This document shows, in pieces, positions 40,490 through 54,490 of a stretch of DNA of 64,000 nt. This DNA comes from Schmidtea polychroa (lineage: Eukaryota), in assembly GCA_044892525.1 (NCBI GenBank), contig CM097885.1, positions 37,140,001 to 37,204,000 on the forward strand, read 5' to 3'. The position numbers and the translations under genes were made by a program. The notes below the pieces were generated by a model. That model saw only the letters and a program-made list of their open reading frames with translations, was not told where the DNA came from and did no database searches. The first letter of the stretch is position 1. Every line of letters starts with the position of its first letter.

Positions 40490-41942
40490 AATAATATTAA
40501 TATTATTATTACAAGAATAATTTTATATTTAGTTATTAAATGAATTTCTTGAATTTCAAAATTCGATTTCACATGAATAAATAATATTTTTTAATTAAAA
40601 ATTTAATTAGTAAAATTCGTATCCGTTATTCATTTTATTATAATAAATTTATTTATTATTAAAACTGATACGAAATCATTAAGTTTGATACAATTATGAT
40701 AACTCACTTTCTATTCCTACAATTTTCGTCTTTGTTGATATCACAACTAAATATAATTTCATATTATTTTATTGTTAATATACGGAAATAGTTGAGCTTG
40801 AGGAACAATTTAATAGGTAAATTTTGACTTTCCTAGCCGAGTTAAAATTTATTATAGAAACAGTAAATATAATTTTTGGAAATAACAAAAAATATCGAAT
40901 GAATTAATCGTGCAACACAAATTTCAGTATTACTTTTTATCAAGTGTTATTTGATTTGATATTACAAGCTTTACTGCCATAGAAATTGAGTTTGTTCTTT
41001 TTTTTATAATGATAAAAAGTGGTATTTCACAAATATCCGTGTCAAGAACAAAATAAAATAAACAAACTGTCCAGTACAGTCTGAAGAAATAGAAATCTTC
41101 TGGTAATTAGGAATAGTTGTCTTTCAACATCAAAAAGAACATGAATTAAAATAAAGTTTGAAAAAATAATTATATTCATTTTTCTTAATAATAGTAACAT
41201 TTAGTATTTATTTATTTATTTATTTATTTATTTATTTGGAGTTGATTTAAATCATTTTTATATTACAAAATGACTAGCTTTAGTATAAGTCGGGTTATGA
41301 TTATTTCTTCTCAACCTAGTTGGAATTTACGCTAGTTTCATTTAAAACGATTAAACTAAAAACGCAGAGTTTAAATTTTAATTTCATTACATAATGTTGA
41401 ATATTCGACAGTATATTTTGTCTCTCGATTATAAGTCGAATATCGTTTCGCCGTTATGAAAATAGAACTCAATTTCTTGTCTTTTTGTCAAGTATATACG
41501 GTAAAAAATGTACGACTAAACCTTATTTACGAGGAACAGTTAATAATACAATAAATTACACTTCAACAATTATTTTCAGCTTGAAATTTTGGAAAAAGTA
41601 TTTAATTATTAAAAGTGATGAAAACAATATAATTTCATTATCCTAAAAGACCCTCGGGCTCTTGCAATAACTTGATTACAAGAATATCAATGTTTATTAA
41701 TTTTTACAGAGTTTATTCTACTATATAAAATATTAAGCATCAAAATGTTGAAACACAAAATTAAGAATTTCGCTAGTTTACTTTGGGTAGGTTTACAAAA
41801 GATCCAAGAAGCATTTAAACAAATATCTACCAATAATTCAATTTACGTTTTATTTCATGTCAAATTTCAAATAATAATAACAGTAATGTGTTATTTTATA
41901 TACCTAAGTAATAATCATTAAGAATAAATAACTAATTACTGT

Positions 41943-42122
41943 TTATTTAATCATATTTTCAATGATAAAAAACCTTTTTGTTCTTTCTCTTCTCATCTTC
42001 ATTTTGTAGCAATATCTGCAGATAATTGTAGCGCATATAACAAGGATTAATCCACCAATTACACTAGATATTATGATAAGAATTATCAATAAAATTGGAG
42101 TTTGAGAATCTGCGAGAGCCAT
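41943..42122 (-). CDS. Candidate 59-aa single-pass membrane micropeptide or transmembrane exon
   Basis: MALADSQTPILLIILIIISSVIGGLILVICATIICRYCYKMKMRRERTKRFFIIENMIK*: hydrophobic helix, juxtamembrane Cys and basic cluster. Possible CAG acceptor before 42109 and GT donor after 41974. Confidence 0.35.
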   Translation of the reverse strand: MALADSQTPILLIILIIISSVIGGLILVICATIICRYCYKMKMRRERTKRFFIIENMIK

Positions 42123-42733
42123 TTATTATTCTTATTCTTATTCTTAATAAAAATACAAATTAAAATTAAAATAATAATATTTGTTGAGGAATTTAAATTA
42201 TAATTTAATTCGTTTAAAGTACGCAATTTGTTTATAAACAAATCTCAAACTTCCGTTGAATTGTGATTTGGTATCGTTTATCAATTTACATTCAATGGGC
42301 GTAATGTCACATATAATGGTGAGACTTTCCGTCATCTCTGTAGTCGTATTTTTCAAAATTGTCAACCAATGGAATTGATCAATATTAGTTAGCACAATAA
42401 AAGACTATGAGGAAAAAAATTATGTTTGATTTTAAAATTTTATAAAGAATTTTTAATAATTATTCAGAACATGTTTTATTAGTTTGGTATTTGATATTTT
42501 AGTTTTATATTTTTAATTAATTTGGTGTTATATTGATTTATGTAGATCAGGGCTTTTTATACTTTTTTCATTTACGACCCCATTTATGATTGCGAGTTTC
42601 CTTGCGACCCCATATAAATATAACAGAAAGATAAATAAGTATTTTTTGATGATTTATTTATTATGTAACAATACACATGAAAAAATATAGTTTTAGAATT
42701 CGTTTTGAAACATACAAAAATTTAAAATTAAAT

Positions 42734-44877
42734 TTAATGAGATGGATGTGCCTGTTTTTTATTGCATAACAAATTAAATCTTGGTGGAATGTTTGACACT
42801 GCTGGACGTAAGACCTCTTCAACATTTTTTAGCTTAGAACGATATTGGGATTTAATATGTGTTAAAGCTGAGAAAGTAACTTCACATAAATATGTGGTGT
42901 TGAATGGCAGAAGCACATTTAACGCCATATCAGCGATTGTGGGAAATTCAGTTCTAGTTCCGATCCAGAATTCAGTCAAGGGCTTTTTTGGAAAATGTAG
43001 TTTTAGGTTTGAGTCACTCGAAAGCTCAGCAAATTCCTCTTGTGCTTTAAGTGGCAGGTGATCAATCTCACTCAAGTCAGTCCAAAACGGTTTTTGAATC
43101 CAAGCTACCTTTTTGAAATCAATATTTAATATAAAATATGTGCGGAACTGTGTTTCTAGCGTTTTTAAGTGATCTACAATAATTATTGCGATAATAGTTT
43201 TACAATGATTTTTCTCGATTATAAAATTGTCGAGACTGGAAAACATTTCGAACGAATTCTTTTCTACCCTACTTTTCCAAATGTTGATCTTTTTAACACG
43301 TTGACGGACACTTGCGTCTATAGCCGTCAAGGCGAAGTTCACTATGTGGCATGCCGGCAATAGCCGTCAAAAACGAAACGGTTGTTTTTAGACACTGCGG
43401 CTATAGCAGCACAAATGTGCATTTACCGGCGTACAAATAGAAGCCTAGTGTCATGTTTTGGAAACATTTTTTTAGGTTGAGGTTAGGGTTAGGGTTAGGG
43501 TTAGGGTTGTAACACGACTTACAGGTTAAGTATGCACATTACAAAAACATATGGTGTCAATTTTCGAACTTCACTTGTTTCTACTGTCCGTCAATGTGTT
43601 AATAAAACTTTCAATTTTATCATTAGAAGTTAATATATCGCAATTTTTTCCTTGAAGAGACAAGTTGAGATCGTTTAATTTCTCAAAGATATCTGACAAA
43701 TAACACAACTTAGATAGCCATAAGTCATTTTGAAAAAAAGCAGCAAGTTCACATTTTCGTTCGGTTAAAAATATTTCGATTTCATCCTTTAATAACAATA
43801 ATCTTCTTAAACTTTGACCTCTTGACAACCATCTTACTTCTGCATGTAATAATAAAGTTGTGTAGTTGGAATCCGTATCCTTGCAGAGATTTGAAAATAA
43901 GCGACTCTTAATAAAATTTATAATCTTTACAGCATTCTGAAGCACATCGTTCAATTCTGGTGCTAATTTTTTTGATGCAAGGGTCTCTCTGTGAATAAGA
44001 CAGTGAGTAAAAGTTATATGATCATAAGGAGCAGCTTGAAAAAATGATTGCACCATCTGTGCATATTCCACAGCAATATTTCCATTCTAAACCTTCAGTT
44101 TTTAAAAATTCGTCAACTTTACAATATGTCTTTCTCTGTAGTATGGTCTTTCATAGGACGAGAAAATAACAATTCTTCCTCCACGTTTTCTTTATAAACG
44201 TACCTGACATATACTAACAACTGAGCCAATTTAGTAATATCCGTTGTTTCGTCCAACTGAATTGAAAATTTTGGGCTTTCTTTAATTCTTGCAATAAGTT
44301 GCACTAATTGGTCCTTGTTAATATCAGAAATTCTATTCGCGACAGTGTCGTTCGACAAAGGAATTTTTCGAATATCATCGCCATATTTACTTCCATGTAG
44401 TATTTCTACCATTTTAATAGCAGCAGGTAATATAAGATCTTCTCCGATGGTGAACGGCTTTTTCTTTTTAGCAATACAGTATGAAACTTCATATGACGCT
44501 AATAAATATTTTTCATTAACGGTCATAAATTTTTGAAAGGATTTTTTTTCTTTATTTAAAGATTTATACAATCTTTCAAAATATTCTTTTGGTTTATTGA
44601 CATACGAAACATGCTTTGATTCAAGATGTCTTTTTAATTTTGATGGTTTCATACTCTCCGCAGCCAATAATTCATTGCAGATCAAACAAAGAGGTTGTTC
44701 ATTACCATTACAAATTTGAAATGTAAAGCCAAATTGAAGAAAAGACTCATCATATTTTCTTTTTCGCACATTAAATGGCTGTTTTTCAATACTTTGTCCT
44801 GCCTGAGGAGAGTTTGTAGCATTATCATCTGCGTCATTATCATTCTTATTTAAGTTCAGCCATTTATCCATGGCCAA
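42734..44877 (-). pseudogene. Buster-type (ZBED5/SCAND3-like) transposase, disrupted
   Basis: BED finger PLCLICNE..KLKRH, IQLDETTD, HCLIHRE, EVRWLSRG and TTYLCEVTFS; frameshift/deletion near 44100 plus a MITE insertion. Confidence 0.95.
43297..43598. mobile_element. 302-bp piggyBac-type MITE carrying (TTAGGG)4
   Basis: TTAA|CACGTTGACGGACA ... TGTCCGTCAATGTG|TTAA; removal restores ESFIKKINIW; TTAGGG x4 at 43483-43506. Confidence 0.92.
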
Positions 44878-45541
44878 AAATTATTTTGATTCTAAAATCC
44901 AATAAATATATAAAAATAACATATTGCATATAATAATTGTCATTAAAAAATGTCATTAAATTTAATAACACATAAAAATTTCACAAATATTACTTTTAAA
45001 TGAAGTTCAATAAAATTAATATAATTTTAATAAATAAACAAAAGTAGTACATTAATTTATACTATAAATTTTATACTATTCTGATATATTATAAATTAAT
45101 CGAAAAGTAATTTTCGAAAACAAAATATTTTTAGAGTTAAAAAACATTAAATAGTCATTAATTTAAAAAAAAAATTGTGTATTTATATATTTGGCATTAA
45201 AAATCTCTCGCGACCCCAGAATTATGCTAAGCGACCCCATTTGGGGTCGTGACCCATAGTTTAAGAAGGCCTGATGTAGATAGTTAACAGATTAATTATA
45301 CAGATTATTAAATGATTAAATTATTAGTTAAATAATTTTAATTAAAAAAATTCTTAATTTATATATTGATTGTTAAAATTAAAATTCCTTGTATGTAAAT
45401 TGAATATCCTTTAAAATATTTAAATATTTTTTTGAAAAAAACTTTAATTTAAAAAATAATTGATAAAAAGTGATTAATGGAAATAATAATAATTTCGTAA
45501 TTTATTTAATAAATATATAATATCTATTGTTCTTTTTATTG

Positions 45542-45580
45542 TATCTGATGATGACCGTGAAAATTTCGAAAAATATCGTA
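45542..45580 (+). ncRNA. Decayed hammerhead (family B)
   Basis: TAT CTGATGA T GACCG tgaaa ATTTC GAAA AATATC GTA; stem II disrupted. Confidence 0.6.
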
Positions 45581-45669
45581 AAACTTTAGTTTTAGTGGCG
45601 CTTTCCAATAACTAAATCATTTCCATGTTTATTTCATTATTTATTTATTTAATAATAATAATAAATATA

Positions 45670-45700
<31 letters not shown>

Positions 45701-46160
45701 AAACACAGTAATTTTGTATTTTGCTTCAAATTTTATATAATTAGTTTAACATGAGAAATACAATAATGAGAATATCATAATTAAAATTGATATAATTTAT
45801 TTTATTATGTCAGTAATGTTCCTAATGGCTTTTACTATCAATTATTCAACTGATTAACAATAAACATTTATATAACCCACTCTAGTACAAATGTGTATAA
45901 TTGTCGGTTATTAATGCTTGTTTATCTTTCGGATGCTTTGAGAAATAAATTTACAAAAAATTATTTATTTGCTATCTACAAATGTCTTTTGTTTTTTCAA
46001 TTCTAATTAGAAGATTTTGAAACTTGATAAGATCACTATTTCCTATTTCGTTACATATTTTATGTAGTTTTCAAAGCATTTACTATACGTTATTTATGAT
46101 TTAATTATTACTTTAGTTAATATTATTTATTTATATTATTTATTGATAATTTATATATTG

Positions 46161-46163
<3 letters not shown>

Positions 46164-46242
<79 letters not shown>
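46164..46242. repeat. (TA)n microsatellite
   Basis: Direct reading. Confidence 0.98.
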
Positions 46243-46247
<5 letters not shown>

Positions 46248-47537
46248 GTTTTAATCATAATTCGCTTAATAATTATTCATTATTTATTTATTTGTTTTTT
46301 TGAAATAACGTTTTCATCGCTCAAAATTTATAGTTAATAGGTAAGTGAATTTGACCAATAGACCTGGAAAAGTAATGTAAAGCGGATGTTAAGAATCCGG
46401 AAGTGCGCTTACTAGTACGCATTTATAGTAACTTGTAGTTAAATTATGGTTAACAGCTCTTTTGTTAAAGTAATTATTAATAAGTTATTAATTATTTATT
46501 GAATTTAATGACAAAGTAAGTAACGAATTTTGATTAAATTATTTTTCTAAGTTGGTTGATTAAAGACTTATTATACACTATCTTTAAGTACATCGAAGCA
46601 GCTTCAATAATACAATGAAATTCAAAATATAAATAGAGTATCTTTTATAGTTGTATTTACTTGAATTTTCACTCAAAGACTTTACAAAAGAATTAAAAGA
46701 ATTACTCAAAGAATTCCAAAAGTAAAAATAAAAATGTATAGATTTGGTTTTTATAGATTATATTTTTTATAGATTGTAATATAGATTATAGTTTTTATAG
46801 ATTATAATATAATCATTTGAAATATGTCTTAGTATGGCACAAGGTTATCTTTTCTTCTTAGAATGTTCAAAAAACAAATGTTATACATATAAAAGTTTCG
46901 TTAGTACAATACTGTGACATTTCTGTGGGTTGTGGTGCACAGTTTTTATAATGCATACTAATTTCTTTGATAGTTATTATAATTTTTTAGACTATTGAAT
47001 ATTAATGCATAAAGTATTGCTTAACAGTCGGATCAAAAATTCATAAAATTATTTACTACAGGCTCGTTACACGCCAATAAATTACCAATATATAATTTAT
47101 AAATACATTTTTTATTTAAGCATAGTAACCTGAATATGGTAATTAATCTGTCAGAATATATCGTTAAAATACATATTTTATGAACAAAATAATATTAATT
47201 TATAAATAATTTGAACAATTTCTCTTCAATTAATAAAATAGCAAGTTTTAACAAGTTTATTTTCAAACAAATCAGAAGTTTATGTTTTAATTGAAAACTA
47301 CAGAGCTTTTATAATTGTTTTACTAGAACGTTTTCGAATAACCTTTTGAAATTTTAATTATTTTTAAATATAATTTCAAATAAATTTTAATAGAAATTAT
47401 AACTTTCTTCAAAATGATCAATTTTATTTTTAGTTTACAAAATAGGTTTTGGTTTTATTTAGAAAAAGAGAAAACCATCAATCAATAAATTTATAAATTA
47501 AATCAATAAAAAAGAACATATATTTTATATAAACAAA

Positions 47538-47596
<59 letters not shown>

Positions 47597-48177
47597 TAAT
47601 TAACTTGTTATTAACTTAATATTATAAAATAATATTATAAATTAATAATAATATTTACCTTATATTGTCATGATACGTCTAGTTTATAAATCCTTGTCAC
47701 TAAGTAATAGATTAATTCCTGTTTTAATGTTGAGCATTTTATTGTATAAGGATAAAAATATGTAGAAAAGCATTTAATTGGCAAAATTAAGAATGAAATA
47801 CATTTGCAAGATTTCATTGGAGAAAATTTTTGAAGACAAAAAGACAGCATTAATAGAATCTCATTAGAAAGGCACATGTAGAAATTTCTTGAATTGAAAA
47901 TTATTATTTAATTATTGAAATATTTTTTTTAAGAAATCTTTTGACTGGATTTGGTCTCCATTTCAGTGAAGATTTTCTCACAAGAAAATCATTAGTAATA
48001 TATTATCTCTTTTGTATTTTATTTCTTGTAGGTTGATGTTACCTCTAACGAGTTGTATCTTTTTCTTCTGTCACATTCCAGTATATTGAAACTATCTCCT
48101 TGGATATGTCCGGATATTTCAATTTATTGAAGACATCCAATTATCCTTTAACATAGCATTATAATTAGACATTTAAA

Positions 48178-48210
48178 TCACTTGAAAAGGGCATTGCCGA
48201 AAATTCGTGA
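48178..48210 (+). ncRNA. Minimal hammerhead with U3-A8 core covariation (family C), apparently intact
   Basis: TCAC TTGAAAA G GGC att GCC GAAA ATTC GTGA; stem III palindrome AATT; predicted cleavage after C48206. Confidence 0.72.
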
Positions 48211-48330
48211 GTATCAACAAACATTGATATATTACTGATTTATAGTCTTTAAACTCTTTTTTTAATAAATTTAATGGAAAAAATAATCAGTGGTAAAATT
48301 GGAAGAAATAAAAGTTCTTATAATAATAAT
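48178..48330 (+). mobile_element. Family C pseudo-LTR: HHR plus ~110-nt tail ending in (AAT)n
   Basis: Tail gatatattactgatttatagtc...atcagtggtaaaatt...aagttcttataataataat is shared with the 14.6, 26.0, 38.3, 50.3 and 50.8 kb copies. Confidence 0.72.
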
Positions 48331-49254
48331 TAAACATGTCTAGAGAACTAAGGTTCCTTAAATATCTTTAAATTTAACCTAAGATAATATCTTTCAAGAA
48401 AGAAACAAATTCGACACGGTGGCAGCCACGATATGAATATAATTGTGTTATGCGCATGGTAACACCTAAGCCGTTGAAAACGTTGAAGTGGTCTACGGAA
48501 GATTTTGTAAATGTAAATAAATAAAATATAATTTATTTAAAATGTCTTTGAACCTCCTTTATGAATTCCGATTATAGAATCTAATCAAAACCAAAATATG
48601 ATTTTCAAATCTCAAAAGTCCAAAGTTTTCAGGAGTAAAACCGATTGAAATTTGATAAACAAATAATCTTTTGTGAACAATATATTTATTTATAACGCAC
48701 TAATAATGTTGAATTTATTTTTATTGCAACAAATTTCGGCAAAAAATTCTATTTTTGTCAAAATCACGTTTTTGACTATTGGTCTTTAGAATGTTATAAG
48801 GGTTTTAATTTTGAAGAAATTACCTGAAAAGGTTAATATTAGACAATTAAAAGAAGTTTATGGTGACTGGAGTCAATATAGAACGACGATTGATGGCGGA
48901 ATTGGCAATTGGAATAAGGCAGAAAAAAAGAGTCTCTAGAATTATTTCTTAATGTCTCAAAGATTCTATGATTGTTAATGAAGGACTGATTGCAAAGTAC
49001 AATGTTATTAACAATTTGATTGTCGAATGAATTAAATGTACAAAAATTCATACATATGTTGCTATAGATAGCTTATTAAAATATATAATTATTAGAATCA
49101 GTCTTAGGAACAATCTTAGAGCCAGGGAAATGAGTTAATAATGTTGAGTAATGTAATCAGGGTTTCTATATATTCTAGAATTAATCTATAGTATTTAGGA
49201 AATTTTTTAGGAAAAAGAAAAAAATGTTTGTATTTCCTATACTTTATTTTCGGA

Positions 49255-49326
49255 ACTAAAATGGGTCACTTGAAATTATCAAATGGGTCACTCCGTGACC
49301 CACGGGTCATAGGTTGCCGACCCCTG
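49255..49326. mobile_element. Orphan hAT terminus
   Basis: ...GGGTCATAGGTTGCCGACCCCTG (reverse complement CAGGGGTCGGCAACCT) with GGGTCA subterminal repeats. Confidence 0.55.
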
Positions 49327-50223
49327 ATCTATACAGTAATGGTGATCAAAAAAACAGTTGATTATAGCTTGAAAATAGTACACTATCAATGGGTGGATAC
49401 CATTTATGCACTGGAAGTGGATGATATGAATAAGATATATATATTGATTAGATATTGAATAAATTTGTTTAAAATGTTATTGATAAAATGTCTTACAGAG
49501 CCAAATTTTAAATAATTTAAATATTTGAAAAAACATTAATTATACCCATAAACTAGAAGAATTTTAATGAACAGCTCCCCCGATAAATAGTTCACTTTCT
49601 GTCTCAATATTTGGGAGTAAAAAATCTTTCTTTAAAATAAATTTCACGTTCCTCAGCACATGAATTGTGAGATGATAATTATATTATATGATAAAATTAT
49701 CTACGGTTTTCATGAAAATTATTGTAACAATTGATGAATTGTCTTCCTAAATTTATCTTTCAGACCATAAACAAGAGTCATTCGAGTGAAAAAAAGATGG
49801 AAGCATCTATGTGTTAACAAAAGTCGGTCATGCTCGTTATTTCTTTCGATTATCCCGGAATAGTTTCCATAAACTTTACAATTAAAGAAAACGAAATAGC
49901 TTCTATTGTTTAAAACAATTGAACAATGTAATTTCCAGCACGATAAACTTTTTAATTCATTGAAACGTATTTAAAACAAGTTAAATAAACAAGCTTGACT
50001 ATTAGGCCTCTAATTCGGATTTTCTGTTACATTTTAAAAAGGCATGTACGTAGTTGAAAACCTTTTATAAAAATAAAAGAATTGAAGAAAAGAGATTTAA
50101 ATTTTCTTTGAGTGCAACATTTAAAGATTTTTGAAAATTTGGTTTCGAGTTGTTGAAATTTGATGAGAAAAGTAATTAATTATTAATTAATTTTCTTAAT
50201 TATCCTTTAAGTTAAATACATTG

Positions 50224-50280
<57 letters not shown>

Positions 50281-50378
50281 GAACTCCTTTTCCAATTTCA
50301 CCACTGATTTTTCAATCAGTAAAGACATCGATGTTTTTTTCGATACTCATGAAATTTTGCAGTCTTTTTCTAGTGATC
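50224..50378 (-). mobile_element. Family C pseudo-LTR copy abutting (CT)n(TA)n
   Basis: ataagaactccttttccaatttcaccactgat...gatactcatgaaattttgcagtctttttctagtga (decayed HHR on the minus strand). Confidence 0.6.
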
Positions 50379-51769
50379 AAAATCAAAATCAAAGTCTGCA
50401 CATTTTAAATTCTATTTTTTAAGAATTTAAAAAAAAATTATTCTTTATATCGAATGAAAGAAAAAAATGATATCTGCCGAACGACATATTAATCAATGTA
50501 TTGTCATTAAAAATTAAAAAGATATTAAAAATTAAAAATTTTAAAAAATTTAAAAAACACTCAAATCATGTAAAGTTATATATCGTTGAAAAGAGCATGC
50601 AAATATCTATCCGCACAAACATATTATTCAATGCATTATCATAATAATTGAACAAGATATTAAAATTCAAATTTTTAAAAATTTCATAAATTAACTATTG
50701 ATATGTTGTTTTAAAATCAAAATCTTTGATTTGTCATAGTTAAATTATTTTAATAAATACAATGTCAATTGAAAAGAAATTAGAGGTGAAAATTGAAAAA
50801 AGTTCTTGTTATATATGTTAGATTCACTCAAAGGAAATTATATTTAAACGAAAACTAATAAACGAGAAATCAGAATATAAATTGAATAAAATATTATCAA
50901 ATTATCTCCCTAATAAATCTACAATATCAAAGTTATTTTTTTTATAAATTTCCAGGTGTTTTCTATGCTATTTAGACAAATGATAACAAATGCAGAGGCA
51001 TATAAAACTCAGGAAGAAATATAATTGAAAAATATTTTCCCAGACAGAAAGATAATAAAAAATAATAATATTATAACAATCTTTTTTAATCGCGAATGTA
51101 ATTAATTATTAAAATAAATATGGCTGTCCCTGAATAGATCTTCAATGAATTGTTTGAGAATTGACTGAATAATTGTAATGTTGTACGTATTTGGTCTAGA
51201 AATGTACATTTCTTGTCTTTATTTCTACAATTATCAATTCTTTGTAATAATTCAATTGGTTGTTTTAAAATAATTAAAAAATTTATCGTTATATTCAATG
51301 TTAATTTCAATTTTTCTCTATGTTCTCTTCAATCGTTTTCAATAATCCCTTGTTTTCTTTTGGAATACTAATTAATTATCCCGAGAATTCATTTATTAAT
51401 TTTTCTGTCGTATAATTAAGCGCACTGTTTGCTACATTTAATAATGGTTTTATTGTTGCTGCTTCTTGTTATATCCCTTAAATCCCTTGATAATTGTCCC
51501 TCTTTATGAACACGTATTTGCATTAAAATTAAATTAAATTCTCTTTCAAAAAACGGATTTATTCAGACGCAATTAGACATCGGATGGATAAATGAAGTGA
51601 GTGATGAAGTTTATTCCAACAAATTATTTGACATATAATATCAATAAACCAAAACTATCATATATGTTGTTAAAATTTAATTCAAATTTATTTACAGGTG
51701 TCCCTTGATTAGACAACTAGTTTGGGACCGCCAAAACGGCTCACAATTCAAAACCGCATAAATTCATAC

Positions 51770-52255
51770 CAGTGTCGCCACTTGTTCGGGTTTGATCCGA
51801 TAGATCAGACTCTGAAACGTGCGGCCGGTTGTCCAGGCAAAACCCAAAAATGTCCGGGCTGTATCTGAATTGGACTGCCACTTCGATTTGTTGTCAACTA
51901 AAGAATTTATTTGTCACAAGAAGTTTTAAATCGGGTTAACTATACTAATTTATTTCACAGTTAATTTAAAATGATTTCAAATTAATCGCGAAATTATTTC
52001 GGGCTATGGCAGCAGGAAATAAAAGCTTTTAGAAGCAGCACAGAGCAATATAAAATACAGTTTTAAAAATAAAATAAAATTTACACTCTTTACAAAAGAT
52101 TTTCCTGTTTTTTAAGAATATCTATTTTGTATGTTATTTAATTGTAATAATAAAAACTTACACTCATGTTCCAATGATTTTCTTTATTTCGTTTTCCAAA
52201 AAATTTTTTTTACTTAAATGTCCGGGTCAAAATTTTTTCAAAGGTGGTAACACTG
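51770..52255. mobile_element. 486-bp hAT MITE
   Basis: TIRs CAGTGTCGCCACTT / CAGTGTTACCACCT; TSD ATTCATAC/ATCCATAC. Confidence 0.85.
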
Positions 52256-52334
52256 ATCCATACAAAATATTGGTTTCGTTACCCAAGAAAAATACTTATA
52301 ATAAAATGCCATTATTAAATAGAGATATTAACAA

Positions 52335-53097
<763 letters not shown>

Positions 53098-53720
53098 AAT
53101 AAAATTAATTCCGGGTACTTGAATTTAAATTGAAAAAAGCTGAATTGTTGTTGGAGTGACATTAATGAGTAAATATTTTGTCAAGTTTCTATTAGATTGC
53201 ATAAGTAATTTTTAGATTCAGCGATATGTTTAAAATTATTAATAAAAATCTCAAAGTTGCTGGATAACCATTAAAAAGTTCCTTACCATTCTCTTCTTAA
53301 AAGTTCTTCATTTTCCATTTCAAAATGTGAATGATTCAGAATGAACATATATTTTATTCATATTGGGATGTTAGTTGTTCTCATGATCATTTGCATGTCA
53401 CTTATTTCTTGCATATTTCATAATATTTCATATTTTTAAGTATTTATACAAAATATATTTGTTGAGTTTCTAATTTAAGTTTTTAAATTAGTTTTTAATT
53501 AATATTTCTGAGTTTCTGACTCCTCATGTTCTATCAAAACAATTAGACAGACATCACTTAACATATATTTGTATTCAAATTCGTATAATCTACAATTTAC
53601 AAAACTCCGAATATCGCAATAAAATGTCTATTCTAACTTTTCAATAAATCTCACTGTAACCACCCTGGTTCTGCAAGTTCTGCAGCAATAATCACCTCTT
53701 TTCTTTACTCCATTGACTTT

Positions 53721-54490
53721 ATTATTATTGTCTATTACATCACGTGCAATTTAAGCAAAGAAATATACATTGGAAGTACACTCAGGACCTTGCACCAAAG
53801 AGTAAAAGAACATCTAGATTCTGGTGGAAAATCCTCGGTATATAGACATCTGCAACATTGGCAACTAAGAAAGGAAAGAAAAAATATTTCAACCGAAATC
53901 TTAGCCAATGGAAACATCGAAAAAAATGTCAGATTTAAAGAAGCAATTCTCATCATAAACCGACGGCCAACGATCAACACTAAAATAAAGATCAATGAAA
54001 TTATTAGTTTGATCTGTTTTTATTGACCTTGGGAATAACTTTTATAAAAAAATTAGAAAATTATAATTTAAAATATTATAGATAAACTAGATCAAATTTT
54101 AAGGATATATACTTTTAAAAGATTATTAGGAATAGAATTCAAAATATAAATATTTTTTTTAAATATTTAGATTGCGTATATAAATAATTATTAGAAACTA
54201 TATTTTATAATACTTTGATAGTATTTATTAAAAGAGGTTTCTATGAGATAATTATAGATGCTTTAAAAATTTTAAAATTTTTTTTTAGTGTTTTGTTTTG
54301 AATTTTAAATGATATTTAATAAAAAAATTTGAAATTTTAAATTCTTAAGAAAAAAGTTTATTTATTATTTTTCACCAATGTGAAGTAAGAAAAAGGAAAT
54401 AAAAGAGAAGATCAAAAAACATTTGAAAATAGAAGAAACAAAATTCCAAGAAATTGACAATGGGTATCTTATAGTTGAAAGTTTTTTTAT
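53721..54490 (+). mobile_element. PLE 3' fragment: GIY-YIG, 3' UTR and decayed U3-A8 hammerhead (family D)
   Basis: IVYYITCNLSKEIYIGSTLRTLHQRVKEH...KEAILIINRRPTIN; GAAA TTGACAA T GGGTAT ctt ATAGTT GAAA at 54450-54480. Confidence 0.8.

Larger units (their letters stand above)
42548..45273 (-). mobile_element. hAT Buster/Charlie transposon, near full length
   Basis: TIRs CAGGGCTTTTTATACT / CAGGCCTTCTTAAACT; perfect 8-bp TSD ATGTAGAT with central TA (42540-42547, 45274-45281). Confidence 0.96.
42200..45640 (+). mobile_element. PLE 3' fragment (GIY-YIG, 3' UTR, HHR) split by a hAT insertion
   Basis: Plus strand 42210-42470: FKVRNLF..IVYQFTFNGRNVTYNGETFRHLCSR..DFKIL. After the hAT come an AT-rich UTR, the decayed HHR at 45542-45580 and tggcgctttc shared with the 29.5-kb copy. 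Confidence 0.75.

Noticed and set aside
42198..42395. Minus-strand 65-aa ORF as an upstream exon of the TM peptide
   Set aside because: It is the antisense of a decayed PLE GIY-YIG on the plus strand.
43475..43510. True telomere or healed chromosome end
   Set aside because: Only four perfect units, lying inside a TTAA-flanked MITE.
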